Shown: piece by piece, positions 34,611-46,800 of the stretch
How positions within the stretch are numbered: position 1 is the stretch's first letter
Layout of the letters: each line of letters opens with the position of its first letter
Assembly (NCBI GenBank): GCA_964016885.1
Contig: OZ024740.1
Span: forward strand, 237,584,001 to 237,648,000
DNA from: Eledone cirrhosa
Lineage: Eukaryota
Direction: 5' to 3'
DNA: 64,000 nt
Translations under genes and position numbers: made by a program
Notes under the pieces: generated by a model
Told to the model about the DNA's origin: nothing
The model's database searches: none
What the model saw: only the letters and a program-made list of their open reading frames with translations

Positions 34611-37600
34611 CTACAGGCTTATAAACAGAGAAGGCCCAATCACTCGGGCCATTTTCGCTTCATTCACCCACCTTTCAGTAAATTTACTGGGGTGCAGTGC
34701 CTCTCTCTCCACCCTGATTCTCCTTCTAAAGTGATACTTAAAGAATGGAATCAATTGTTGTCCGGAGAGAAAGGCATCTGTCCTCAGTCCTCTCAACCTC
34801 GTCCACCATATAACTTCTTTCACCATAGCCACCGTACAGAGGAAAACCGCCTCTCTTTCGTTTTTGAAAGAGTCTGGCGGTTTGATCCTTACTATGGACT
34901 CGGCAGTCAACTGTATTTGTCCCATACGCGACAGCAGTTGTTCTGCATAGTTCCACAGGTCGCTTACGCCCGGGCAGTGTACAATTGCGTGCAGAACTGT
35001 TTCAATGTCCTGCGCACATCTTGGACACGTCCTCTTGGAAGGATCCCTGCCAGGGCGTCCGTGCCTGTAGATCTTGTCACGAACCGGTAGAGCTCCTCGG
35101 TAGCACTGCCAGGCCAGGGACCTCTGGAAGTTGTCCATAGGTCCCGGGCGGAAAGTCCTACCAAACATACTGGTGAGCTCATCGTCTTCGACGCCCAGAG
35201 TCTCTCCGAGCACGTCGTCGCCCTTGTAACGTACAATCCCTCTATAGAATGTCGAAGTGGAGTCTCCACTGATTGCTGCGCCCGCTTGCCACAGGACTGT
35301 GAGCGCCTGAGCGCATTCAATGTGCCAGGCGCCCATCGTTTTCGGTCTTTTCTTCACCCAGGACTGCAGCTCCGTTAGCGAGACGAGCTGTGGGAAAGCC
35401 TGTCTCACAAACGGTGCCCACACCGGTTGGGGGTCGGTGAGGAATACCTGGAGATGCCGCAGCCTCAGCGCATGTTTGCGCATCATCAGCCACGGCATTC
35501 CCAGCCCTCCGTTGGAAGGGTGCTGACAGCAGACGGATCTCCTCACCAGCGGAGCCTGCTTCTTCCACAGAAACTGGAAGAGCATGCGTTCCATCTTGGC
35601 GAGGTGTTCACGGGGACAAGGCACGACAGTCAAGCGGTAAAAGATGACGGACGCTATGAAAGTGTTCGCCACCTCCGCTCGACCTTTCAAGGACAGTTTG
35701 CACTCTGCCCACTTCTGAGTGAGTGCAAACACCTTGGCCGTGACCTTGTTCCAGTTTTTCTCCACCTGGAGGTCTGGACCGAACCAGACCCCGAGCAATT
35801 TCACCGGTCCGTCCGTCCAGCGTCCAACGACGCTGTCGGATGTCATCGGTTTGCCTCTCCACGTACCGAGTTGCAAACCGACAGACTTGTCTGGGTTTAG
35901 TTTTGCTCCCGTCAGCGTTTCGTATTCTTTCAGTATGTTGCCGATCACCCCGATTTCCGAGGTGCTCGACACCATTACTGTCACGTCGTCGGCATAAGCC
36001 GACGCCGCTTTGCGCAGTCCCGGTTCTAGGGGGATGCCCTGCAACAGCTCCAATTTCCGCAGTAGTGGCTCTAGAGTCAATACATACAGAATGGAGGAGA
36101 GAGGGCATCCCTGTCGAATGGAACGCGTGATTGCGAACGGCTCCGATAGGTAGCCGTTCACCTTGACCCTCGAGCAGATGCTGGTGTGCATCGCCTCGAT
36201 CCATCCTCTGAACACGGGACCGAAACCGGTCGCCTTGAGAACCGCTTCCAAGTATCGATGGTCGACCCTATCGAATGCCTTAGACTGATCCAAGTTGATC
36301 AGAGCCCCACCGAAGCCGGGTTTACTACCCACCCTCTCTATGATGTATCGCATGAGGTGGAGGTTGTCGTGTATGGACCTGGTCAGGATTGCACACGTTT
36401 GCGCTTTCCCTACCAGGTTCTCGACGACAAGCGCCAACCTCGTCGCTAGCACCTTGGCCAAAATCTTTAACTCTGTGTTGAGCAGAGTTATGGGCCTGAA
36501 GTTGTTAATTTCGTCCCCCTTGTTCTCGTCTTTCCTGATCAGCGTTACTACGCCCTTGCCTGCAGAACTGGGAATTCTCCCGTTCTGCTGCCAATTGCAG
36601 TAGACGGCTTCGAGGACGCCAGAGAACAAGTCCGGCATGCCTATGTAAAATTCGTAGGGTAGACCATCTAGACCGGGTGACTTGCGTTTCCCACAGCGGC
36701 CCAGAGCGTCCCGTATCTCAGTGTCCGTGATCGGTCTTCCGCAGAACTCGGCGTCCGTGTTCGAGAGACGCGGCAGGCCGTCGAGGTATGAACTAAAGTC
36801 CATTGCCCCGTTCGGCTCACCGTCGTTCTGCTCAAACAGTCGCGCAAAGTGCCGCTGAAAGGCTGCGCACATCTGCTTGGGGTCAAGTAGCACGCGTCCG
36901 TTTTGGTCTTTCAAAGACCGAATCGTGGACTTGTTGCCACTTTTTGCCTCCGCCACTCGGGCCCAGCTGACAGCTTTCGCTCCTTCGTTTCCTAGAGCAC
37001 GTGTTTTGCTTCTGACCACGCAGCCTTCGTGTTTCGCATCGAAGAACTGGTCCAGTGCCGTTCTCGACGCTAACACTCTAGCCGCGTTGCCACTTCTAAG
37101 CGCCTCCTCTACCTTGGCTACTAGTTCTCTTTCTATTCTGTTTTTCTCTACGGCTAACTCTCTGCTATACCCTATCGATTCTATTCTAATTGCTTTCTTG
37201 AGAGAGTACCACCATCTATTGTTGACGATGGCTCCCGTTAAATGTTGCTTGACTAGTTTACTTATCCGTTCACTGTAAGCTTTACGTGCCGGCAACGACA
37301 CGTTCAGCTTCCAGTATCCGGGACCCTGTCTATGTATTCTATCACGGTTGACTAAGCAGACGACTAACTTGTGATCTGAATAGGCAACCATGTGCATTCG
37401 TGGACAGCTTAACATATCCTTGTCCCTTTCTCTAATGAAGAACCTATCTAAATACGATCTAGATGTCCCACTGCGGTTTACCCACGTCCACTGTGGTGCA
37501 GTCGGGAAATCCAGTCGATACCAATCGGCCAGTTGGAATTGGCCGATTAAAGTTTTGAGGCTGTTGCACCCCGCTCTACTGGGACATGCTCCCACATAGT

Positions 37601-38057
37601 CCTATCGTGCATCTAGGATACCATTCCAGTCCCCCACTAAAAGTAAGGAGCGAGACGTTCCCAGAAAAGACTCTAGACGCTTAAAGAAGTCTGGCCGTGA
37701 TTGCGATTGCCCGGTCGGGGCATAAACGGCCACCAGTCTGAAGGCTCCACCTCCGATACTGTTCACGTCTAGGACTACCAGTCTACCCTCCGGGTCCAAG
37801 TGTACTTGCTGTACTCCGACGTCCAGGTTCTTCCGAAACATAACAGCCACTCCACCTCCACCTCCTGGCTGACAGAGAGATGCGTAGATCTCAAAGTCGT
37901 CGAAGATGGGGGTTAGTTGCTGCCTGTTGTGGATTCTGGACTCGGTGATGGCTATCACATCCATACTGTGTGACCTAAGGTCGTTTAAAAGTTGGCCCTG
38001 TTTCCAGGGCATCCCTAGGCCACGCACATTCACGGTTCCAACTCGTAAACCAGCCAT
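34611..38057 (-). pseudogene. Tx1 ORF2 (APE endonuclease + RT + C-terminal zinc finger) broken by one in-frame TAG at 37602
   Basis: ORFs 37602-38057 and 34611-37595 are in the same frame; GTVNVRGL, TES, GDWN, SDH, QGCPLS, YADD. Confidence 0.92.
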
Positions 38058-38098
38058 GTTGGTGAAGAAAAGTTGGAGAAAAAGGACGAAAGGTGCAC

Positions 38099-39265
38099 TT
38101 ACCTTTTCGTTTCCTGGAGATCGGGTTGTTCAATCTCCATTTGGGTGCTGGATGGGGTGTTGGGTGGGGTGGGGAAACCTTTCAACAGGACGCGGTTGAT
38201 GGGTTTGTGGCAGGGGTTGCCCACGTCCTGTGAAAATTTAATTTTCAGGTCTTTATAGGTTTCCATAGAAACCCTTATAAGTTTAAGGTGTGGAGACGAT
38301 TCTGCCTTGACGAAAGTTTTGCCCTCCGTCTCCACCTTGGGGTTTTGGGAGATGACCTCCATCAAACTCTTGTTGTTTATGTTGATGTATGCGTATTGTT
38401 GTTTGTGTTTTTGTTGTATTGTTTTAGTTTGTTGTTCATCTGGGAGTTTTCTTTTTATGGTGGGTGCTTGTGTTTGGGGTGGTGTTGGTGCTGGTTTTGC
38501 TGATAGGGGGGTGTTTGACTGTGGTGTTGTTTGTGTTGTTGTTTGTGTCTGTGGTTGTGTGTTGGTGTTGGTGATTGGAGTTTTGGGGGTTTTGTGGTGT
38601 CTCTTTTTTTGTTTTTTGGATTTCCGCGGTTCTCCCTCTTCTTCACTTAAAGAAGGAGAAGCAGCTTCATCCGTCGATGAATAATCATCGTCAGGTGTGT
38701 GGGGTAAGGGTATGTTGTGTGGTGGTGGTGGTGTTTCGGTATGTGTGTTTGTGGTAGTGTTTGATGGAGTGGGATGGAGTGGGGCTGTGTTCTTCAGGGG
38801 TGTTGTCTCTGTTTTTTCTGTTGTTGTTGGTTGAGTGTCTGTTTGTTTTGGTGTGGTTGCTCGTTTCGTCTGTCGTTGTACTTGTGGTGGTGGTGGTGGT
38901 TGTTTTGGTGTTGGTGTTGGTAATAGCGTTTTTTTTATGATGTTGCTGTTGTGTGTTTGTGGACAAGAGGCTTTTAGGTGAGATGTGCTACCACAGCGAA
39001 AGCAGTGAAATTTTCTTCCTTCTACCGAAATGTTTATTTTGTTGTTATTATCAATAACGACTCTTTCGGGTATTTTGGAGATTCTCTCCGGTTTCATTTG
39101 CAACAGAATCTCCAAATCGGTGCCCGCCCACCTTTGTCGAATGGATTTTCGTATCGAAAGTATTATGTCTGTTTCTGGCTCTACGAAGCCAGCCAAGATC
39201 CACCAGATGTTAATGCTTGGAGGTATGTTTTTTATTTTTATTTTTTGTGTCATTTTCCCCATGTA
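38099..39265 (-). CDS. Tx1 ORF1 C-terminal part (CCHC knuckle, Thr/Pro/Gln-rich)
   Basis: ORF 38099-39304; its first ~13 aa come from the adjacent repeat. Confidence 0.75.
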   Translation of the reverse strand, partial: YMGKMTQKIKIKNIPPSINIWWILAGFVEPETDIILSIRKSIRQRWAGTDLEILLQMKPERISKIPERVVIDNNNKINISVEGRKFHCFRCGSTSHLKASCPQTHNSNIIKKTLLPTPTPKQPPPPPQVQRQTKRATTPKQTDTQPTTTEKTETTPLKNTAPLHPTPSNTTTNTHTETPPPPHNIPLPHTPDDDYSSTDEAASPSLSEEEGEPRKSKKQKKRHHKTPKTPITNTNTQPQTQTTTQTTPQSNTPLSAKPAPTPPQTQAPTIKRKLPDEQQTKTIQQKHKQQYAYININNKSLMEVISQNPKVETEGKTFVKAESSPHLKLIRVSMETYKDLKIKFSQDVGNPCHKPINRVLLKGFPTPPNTPSSTQMEIEQPDLQETKR

Positions 39266-39487
39266 ACCAAGAAAAATAAAACGTTGGCATGAAGAGATTA
39301 TCAATTTATTTGCTTTAACATATGTTTCCCTGTCTATTATAAATTGTCTACATATGCTGACTACAATATATATTGTTCAATCATGTGCAATAATTAATTA
39401 TCTATTACACTTCATCAGAATGTCTATTGCAGTGGAATTCAACTGTTCACTACAGACTCAAGAAATAGGGTATACAGAAATAAATAG
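39266..39487 (-). mobile_element. Inverted copy of the 27115-27916 hammerhead-bearing repeat, without the LTR
   Basis: Reverse complement of 27115-27311 joined to 27884-27916, only a few mismatches. Confidence 0.9.
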
Positions 39488-42400
39488 ATGGGGGCATGTA
39501 GTATGTCTGAATGGTTCCTGAAACTGGAGAGGGTGGGGGTTATAGGGTGTGTCAAGGAGGAATGATATTAAGAATAGTAATAAAAATAAAAATAGGAATA
39601 AAAATAAAAATAAAAATAAAGATAAAAAATGAAGATAAGAATTAATCATAAGGAAAAGCTGAGGGGGAAGTTGATGTACTATTTAAGACTATTCAACAGA
39701 ATTCGTAATATAATCGGCTTGTCTCCCCACAGCCCTGGTGGACAGAATAGAGAAGGCGTTTCCCCAGAGGATGGCAGAGGAGACGCACTGGAAAAGCCAC
39801 TCCAACTCGCGGTGCTCACACCTGCGGCTGGCCAGCTCAGCACCTATGGTGGTGAGTAGGGAGGTAGCACTAGGGCTGAGGACACCAGAAGTCTCCACTG
39901 CCAAGGGTACAACAGCAAACCTGTCGGAGAGCGACTGGTATTTGAAGAATTTGGCCTCCTCAGCCTGACGTGTAGCAGAACCTGGGTTAGTTGCACACTG
40001 CACCAGGTTATCATGCCATCTGGCCTTTTGCCGTCCCCTCGGTCCAGCCCCACTGGCTCGAGCTGGGAAGGGAGCCTGCAGCGTCAAAGCCATGGTTTAT
40101 GACCTGTTGAGGGCAGCATGGCGTGGAAGGCGGCTGGCACTATGGCGACAGGAAAGCAGGTGGAGGCCGAAAAAGTCCACGGTGGATCCACAGCGACATT
40201 GGTGTGGCTCGCAGATCTGGAGGCCGAGCCTCAAGGAAACGCCAATGCGCAGGCTATTGTTATCTAGCTGCATGCCAGTGGAGAAGTAGGGCAGGGCATG
40301 GAGCCAGGTACCACTGTGAGGTTGGGATGCCACATGAAAACAGGCAAGGCGGTGCTGGTTGAGCTGGCGCGTAAGCCTGTCTGAAGCCAGGCTGCACTGG
40401 ATGGCATCCCAGCTGCTTTGGGGGGACTTGACGTCAGCAGGGGGAGAAGGAGGAGGGACGTCTGCTGGGTTAAGACCCAGCCGGTCCCAGGTCTTACAGG
40501 CTGCCTCACGTTCTCTGAACAGAGAGGGTTCTATTGTGTTATGGAGAACCCTGCTGACGAGGACGCGGCATGAGGTTACCGACGAAAGAAATGCTGGCAA
40601 AGCCAGTGAGATTGGAGATCAGAGGCCAAGGACACCATACCTGACAGGTAAAGTGGCTGCTGCTCGGATACAAGTATCGAGGTCAGCGAGGAGAGATGTG
40701 TGGGTGTAGCACGGAGCGCTGAGAAGGGTATAGAGGAGCTTCGGCATGTAGAAGCAGTTCCTCAACAGAAAGAGAGCTGGGCAGCTGTCGATCAGCCCCA
40801 GTCAGCTCATGAGGCGTCTGGAGTTGTTGAAGCCTGGACCTGATGGTAGAGCGGATGGCCGGCAGGTGGATCGGTGATCCAAGGATGAGGACATCCTCTT
40901 TGGGGGTCACCTGTACCTGGTGGAGAATGGACTGCACGTCTGAGACGGAGGTTGCAAAGCTCTCAGCATTGTGGCTGACATTCACCACCTTCAAATTGGC
41001 CAAGTTGAGTTGGAGGCCGATTCCCGCCAGGGTAGGAACCACCTATTGTAGGTCATGGTAGACAGTCTCTACGGGCCCGCCCAATGTAGCATCATCCAGA
41101 TATCAAACGTTGAGAGGGGCCATGATACTCTGGGTGATGTGGTCTATACCAAGGGCAAACAGGAGGGAGCCCAAAGGGTCGCCCTGTTGGACCCCAGTGG
41201 CCGAAGGTATGATCGTATCAGCAGCAAGGATCATGCTCGGGGCTCCATACGACAGGTAGGCCAGCGGGTAGGCAGGGAGGGCTCGGCTGAGTCAGGCATC
41301 GAGCAGATGGTCCCGGCATAAGCAGTTAAAGGCATTCCTCATGTCAAGCTTGACAATGAGGTGCCTGGAGTCCCTGGATGCCGGTCCCAGTGGGCAGCTG
41401 TTGAAGAACTGCTTGGTTGCATGTGTGGCCCCCTCACAACCACCGGACACGCCGACACCCAGTTGCACCGACTGAACTCCTCACCCAGTTTGGGTGTTAT
41501 GAACCTGCAGACCACCTTGGCAGCCAGCCTCCGGAAGACATTTCCCACAGCGATGGGGCGTATGCCACCCTCTTTCTTCCTGAAAGCGGTGAGGCTAGCC
41601 AAAAAAAAGAGGCCTCGGGCGTGAAGGTCCAGGGAGCCATGGATAAGCCTATTGGTGAGTGCCACAATTGCACTCAGAAGGCGTCGCCAACCTCAGTGGA
41701 GAGGGGGGATAGCAACTCCTTGGGGTGGCCTGGTCGGAGACCATCAGCACCTCCGCTGCTGCTGGCTGGGAAGGACTTGATGGCGGACATGATGTCTGCA
41801 CCGGAATCCACAAGGAGCAAGTGGGGATCAGGTGGGGTTATGGGTCTGAGATCAGCGGGTGGCTCAGGGTGCTTGAGTTACAGGGCAGCCAGGACCTCCT
41901 CGGTGGGTTGGAGGACTCTGAGGCAACCACTCTGACTGCGGCCGAGACATCACCCATGATTAATTTGGCATTTACGCGGTCACGCAAATGCTTGGTGCTG
42001 GCCTCAGGGGTGGAAGATTGAGAGTACCCGAGGGTGGGGTGTGTGGCGTCCCTAGGCACGCTTGGAATGGATGCTTGCCCAAAGAACGAAACATTGGCCT
42101 TGACAAAGGCTGCTGTCGACCGGCCGCCTCAGTCAGCTCCAGAGTTGGGGAAGCTGTGGGCTAGTAGGGCGAAATAGAAGAGTCGCTCCCAGTCGCTGGC
42201 TCAATTGGAGTTCAGGGGGCACTCAATCGAGGAAGCGAGGGCATCGGCTACCGGCACCCGGGCCGCTCTCAGGATCCTGAGTGGGATCTTCTGGAGCTGC
42301 CTGAGCTGAGCGAAGTTTACCAGTGAGGCTTGGGCATCAAGCAAGCTCGCTGTCTCATCTGGTGGTGTGCCAGATGGCCGTGGCTGGGCAGACGAGGGGA

Positions 42401-42860
42401 AGAGGCAATTCCAGCACTCCCACGCTGCAAGGGCACTGGAAGCTCGATGCGTCAAGCCAACACAGGTGAGGTGGTGGAAGCAGCCGCACCCCGAACAGTT
42501 CCGGCCCCTCTTCCGTCTGTTTGTGGTGCTGCAAGTGCTGCAGGTGTTGACTAGTTGGGATGGAGGATGGGGCGTAGGGCCGGGGGCTGGGGCACTGGGC
42601 GGCATCAGGGGTGTGTGGCTGGCGTGTGTGAGTGGAAGGGAAAGTGCTGATAAGAGGGCCTCATAGCTCACCTACATCAGATATGGAGGCTTCAGAAGAC
42701 ATGAGAGAAAAGAAGGGGGTGCATGGAGGGGGACACACAAGAAGGTAGAAGGTTAGCAAATGAATGAATGGATGAATGGATGAATGTTCAAAAGAAAAAA
42801 AAAAGGAAGAAAACAGGGGGTTGTTCCCAGCGGAAAGACCCGGAGTTCAACACGCACATA
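39488..42860 (-). mobile_element. Decayed CRE-clade non-LTR retrotransposon (PHD-like finger, RT, CCHC, restriction-like endonuclease)
   Basis: KKEGGIRPIAVGNVFRRLAAK, GVQQGDPLG, LDDATLG, CRCG...HLLSC..RHAALN, GLDRGDGKRPDG, PLAVETSG; frameshifted; 5' limit approximate. Confidence 0.88.
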
Positions 42861-43889
42861 TGCGAGCATGTTAGCAGTTTCTCATAGGACCTTGTGACTA
42901 AAGGTGAGTCATTCAATCCTGAAAACATGTGTTGTTATTGTCACTGATGCTGGAGTTGGCTTCCTCTTGTTAATGGTGGTGGTAGTTGAAACTGCGCTAC
43001 CAATTCAGGCTGCCAGGCTGTTTGCTGAGACTTGAGTGCCTTCTTTCACTGAAGATATGGAGTGGGAGGTGGGTCGTTGTTATTGTCTTGTTGCTGCCTT
43101 CCTCTTGTTAATGGTAGTGACAATCTTATGAGATTTTTGTTTAAGAAAAAATAGCAGGAAATACAGTCAGTTAGTGTGACAGTAGAGAGGAGAGGGAGTG
43201 GGAGTAAAGAGTTTCATAGTATCAATCTGTCTGCTGTGATGTGGAACAATTATTTTTTGACCATTGTTATAGGTGAAGCTTTTGATGTTTACCATGTAGA
43301 GAAGGTATAAATAGAGGGACAGTGAAAGATAAGGTATAGATTAAGAGTAGGCTAGAGTGGTTAAGGAGGTAAGGGATTAAGAAAATGAGATTTTTTGAAT
43401 ATTATTGAATCCATTGGGTGTGAAAAGTTCACATGCCACAGGAAATGTACCAAATAGGATATAATAAAAGTTTGTATTTAGCAAAGGTTTTTAGAATCTT
43501 GTGTTTGCAATTAAATATCCTATCATGCCAGGAATTTAGAAGGTCCTTTCCGGTCGCTATTTCAATTACTTCCACCACAGGGGTGTCTTTCATTCTGGTA
43601 TAGAAAGGCGAATTTTAGTACAGACCATTGTAGTGTGTATTCAATATTAGTGCGTTTCAGATCACAGATTCTTTTCGCCAGGGCCATAGATCGAACCAAA
43701 CTGGAGGGGTTTAAATGTGTGGGTGTACACAAACCATCTTTTCTTGAAAATATTCAAAGTGGAACCCACATATTTACATATCTCCAGTTTAGATTTTACC
43801 ACACATTGATAAATGATATTTTTGTATAATCATTTACCCGATAGAGGACAATTGCTGTGATTTCTAGTTGCAGTTTGTCCATGTATATA

Positions 43890-46800
43890 TATCATCATCA
43901 TCATCATCACCGTTTTACGTCCGTTCTTCCACGCTAGCATGGGTTAGACGGGTTGTCCTGTTGTGGGCAGTGTCTGGTCGGCTGACCATGCCTTGCTCAT
44001 ACAGGAACTGATCTGGCTTGATTTCTACAGCTGGATGCCCTTCCTAACACCAACCTCATTTACAGTGAGTGCTGGGTGCTTTTTCGTGGCGCCTACACGT
44101 CCACTTTACAGTGTGGGCTGGGTGCTTTTTTGCCGTGGCACCTCCACGACCACCTTGCGGTGGGGGGGGGGGGGCATATTGTTTATATGCTTCAGCATGT
44201 ACCCATGGGAGGTCGGGTACCCTGTATTACTGCGTGACGCCAGAAGTCACGGTCGTGTGTCATTGACTTTGAGAGGTGTAGTTGGGTAAGGTCGGCTTTT
44301 ATCACCTCATCCCAAGTCATCTTGGGTCTCCCCACTCCGCGGTTTCCATCAACTTCTAGTGCTCTGCACCTTTTTATGCAGCTGTCATCCTTCATACGCA
44401 TCACATGTCCATACCAGCGTAACCGCCTCTCCTGCACGCAGCATTTGATTCCTCTTATGCTCAGTCTCTCTCTCAATTCATTTATGCTTTGTCGTTCACG
44501 TATATTACTGTTACACATCCATCGGAGCATGCAGGCTTCGTTTCTCTCTAATCTACGTAGGTCTTCCACCTTCAGCGCCCAGGTCTCACTACCATGCAAC
44601 ATCGCTGTTCGGATACACGCATCATACAGTCTGCCTTTCATTCTGAGGGAGAAGCCTTTTGCAGCTAGCAGTGGTAGTAGTTCCCTAAACTTCTTCCATC
44701 CCGTTCTTACCCTAGTTATTGTACTTTCTGAGCACCCACCTCCGTTGCTAATTCGGTCACCTAGGTAGCAGAAGCTGTCTACTGTTTCTACAGGGCCCTC
44801 CCAGAGATTGGTGGTACTTGTTTCCTGTGGCTGTTTGCTTGCTGTTTCAGCACAGCTGCTGCATGTGAATCCTACATTCTTAATTAAGCTTCCTGAGATC
44901 CCGCTACATCTCTTGTGTACCCATTGTTTGCATTTGGGGCAAAGAATGGAGTTCCTACCTACACCTTTCCTACATACTGAGCAAGGCCATTTCCCTGAGG
45001 GGATCTGGGTTCTGTTTTCTCGTCTACTTATAAGGACCTTAGTCTTTGTCATGTTGACTTTGAGGCCCTTTCTCTCTAGTCCCTGCTTCCAGGTTTGGAA
45101 TTTATTCTCTAGTTCTACCATAGATTCAGCTATGAGTGCGAGGTCATCAGCATACAGGAGTTCCCATGGGCATCCGGTCTTAAACTCCTCCGTTATTGCC
45201 TGCAGGACTATGATGAACAGGAGAGGGCTAAGAACAGAGCCCTGGTGGACCCCAACCTGTACGCTAAATTCCTCGCTATACTCATTGCCAATCCTAACTT
45301 TGCTGACTGCTCCCCTATACATGGCTTGTACCGCTTTCACAAGCCATTCATCTACTCCTAGTTTTCTAAGAGCCCACCAGATTACTGCACGTGGAACTCT
45401 GTCAAAGGCTTTCTCAAGGTCGACAAATGCCAAGTAGAGTGGCTTACTTTTAGCTAGGTACTTTTCCTGTAATTGCCTCACAAGGAAGAGCGCATCAGTG
45501 GTGCCTTTCCCTGGTACAAACCCAAATTGCATCTCGTCTATATTCACCCGGTCCCTAATCAGCTGTGCTATAACTCTTTCTGTTACTTTCATGACCTGGT
45601 CCATCAACTTTATACCTCTATAGTTTCCTCTATCTAGTGCATCGCCTTTACCTTTGTAGCAGTTGAAAATGATGCTACTGCACCAATCTTTTGGTATGGC
45701 CCCCTCTAGTATTACCTGGTTAACGATACGTGTGGTTATAGTGTGACCTACAGACCTAGATGCCTTCAGCATCTCGGCAGCTATACCCGATGGACCGGTT
45801 GCCTTCCCTATCTTCATATCTCTGATTGCCTTACTTACTACGCTGCCGCTGACTTGTACTGCTGGTCCCTCTATAGGGTCTACGTGGGGTAGGGTCTCTT
45901 CTTCCCATGCATTCTCCTCATTTAGTAATCTATCATAATGACTCTTCCATGCATCTTTCTTCTCAGCACTTGTGAGGGCAAGCTCACCTTTATCATTCCG
46001 GATACACTTCTCTCCAATGACATCACAACTATCTCTGACACACTGCCTCGCAATCTTGAATACCTCCTGTTTCTGGTCCTCACGTTGTAAAACATGCTTG
46101 AATTTTCTATCCTCTGCTTCCCTCCTAGCTAAGTATACTTGTCGCCTAGCTTCCCTCTTGGTCTCTATGTAATGTACCCTGCTCCCCCCGTTCTTCCATT
46201 CTTTCCATGCCTGTCTCTTGGCCTTGACTGCTTCATCTACCTTATTGTTCCACCACCAAGTCACTCTCCTCCTGCTTGAGGTCTTACTCCAGCCACAAAC
46301 CTCATCCGTCGCCTCTAGTAAGTTATTTTTTAGGAACTCCCAGTTCTCTTCTACGTTAAATGTCTCTATCTGTTCTTCTTTACTGTCGTAGGCGTTGAGT
46401 AAAATATCTTTAAATCTGTTACTGGTTGAGGGGACTTTCAGCTTCCAGATCTTTCTTCTCCAGGTTGGCCTCTGTTTCAGGGCTCGTCTAGTTCTGACCG
46501 TGAGGTCGCTGACAACTAAGCTATGTTGGGATGTACATTCCTCACTAGGGAAGGCTTTTGTGTTTACGACCGTCCATCTGTCACGTCCTCTGATGAGGAT
46601 AAAATCTAACTGACTAGAGTGCTCCCCTGATCTATAGGTGATCAGGTGGTTGTCGGGTTTTTTAAAGTTTGTGTTACATATCGACATGTCATTGGCGTCG
46701 CAGAATTCTAGAAGTCTGAATCCTTCCTCATTCCTTGTGCCAACTCCATGGCCTCCATGTACTCTATTGAAGCCATCGCAGTATTTACCTACGTGTCCGT

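Larger units (their letters stand above)
34370..39265 (-). mobile_element. Tx1/L1-clade LINE, 5'-truncated in ORF1, ORF2 almost intact
   Basis: ORF1 38099-39265 (CFRCGSTSHLKASC); ORF2 38057-34611; 3' UTR and (ATCT) tail. Confidence 0.95.

Noticed and set aside
37596-37610. Stop codon at nearly the same place in ORF2 of both Tx1 copies, suggesting programmed readthrough or selenocysteine
   Set aside because: The stops are in adjacent codons (GCA TGA TGG versus GCA CGA TAG); the consensus CGA TGG is open, so these are independent mutations
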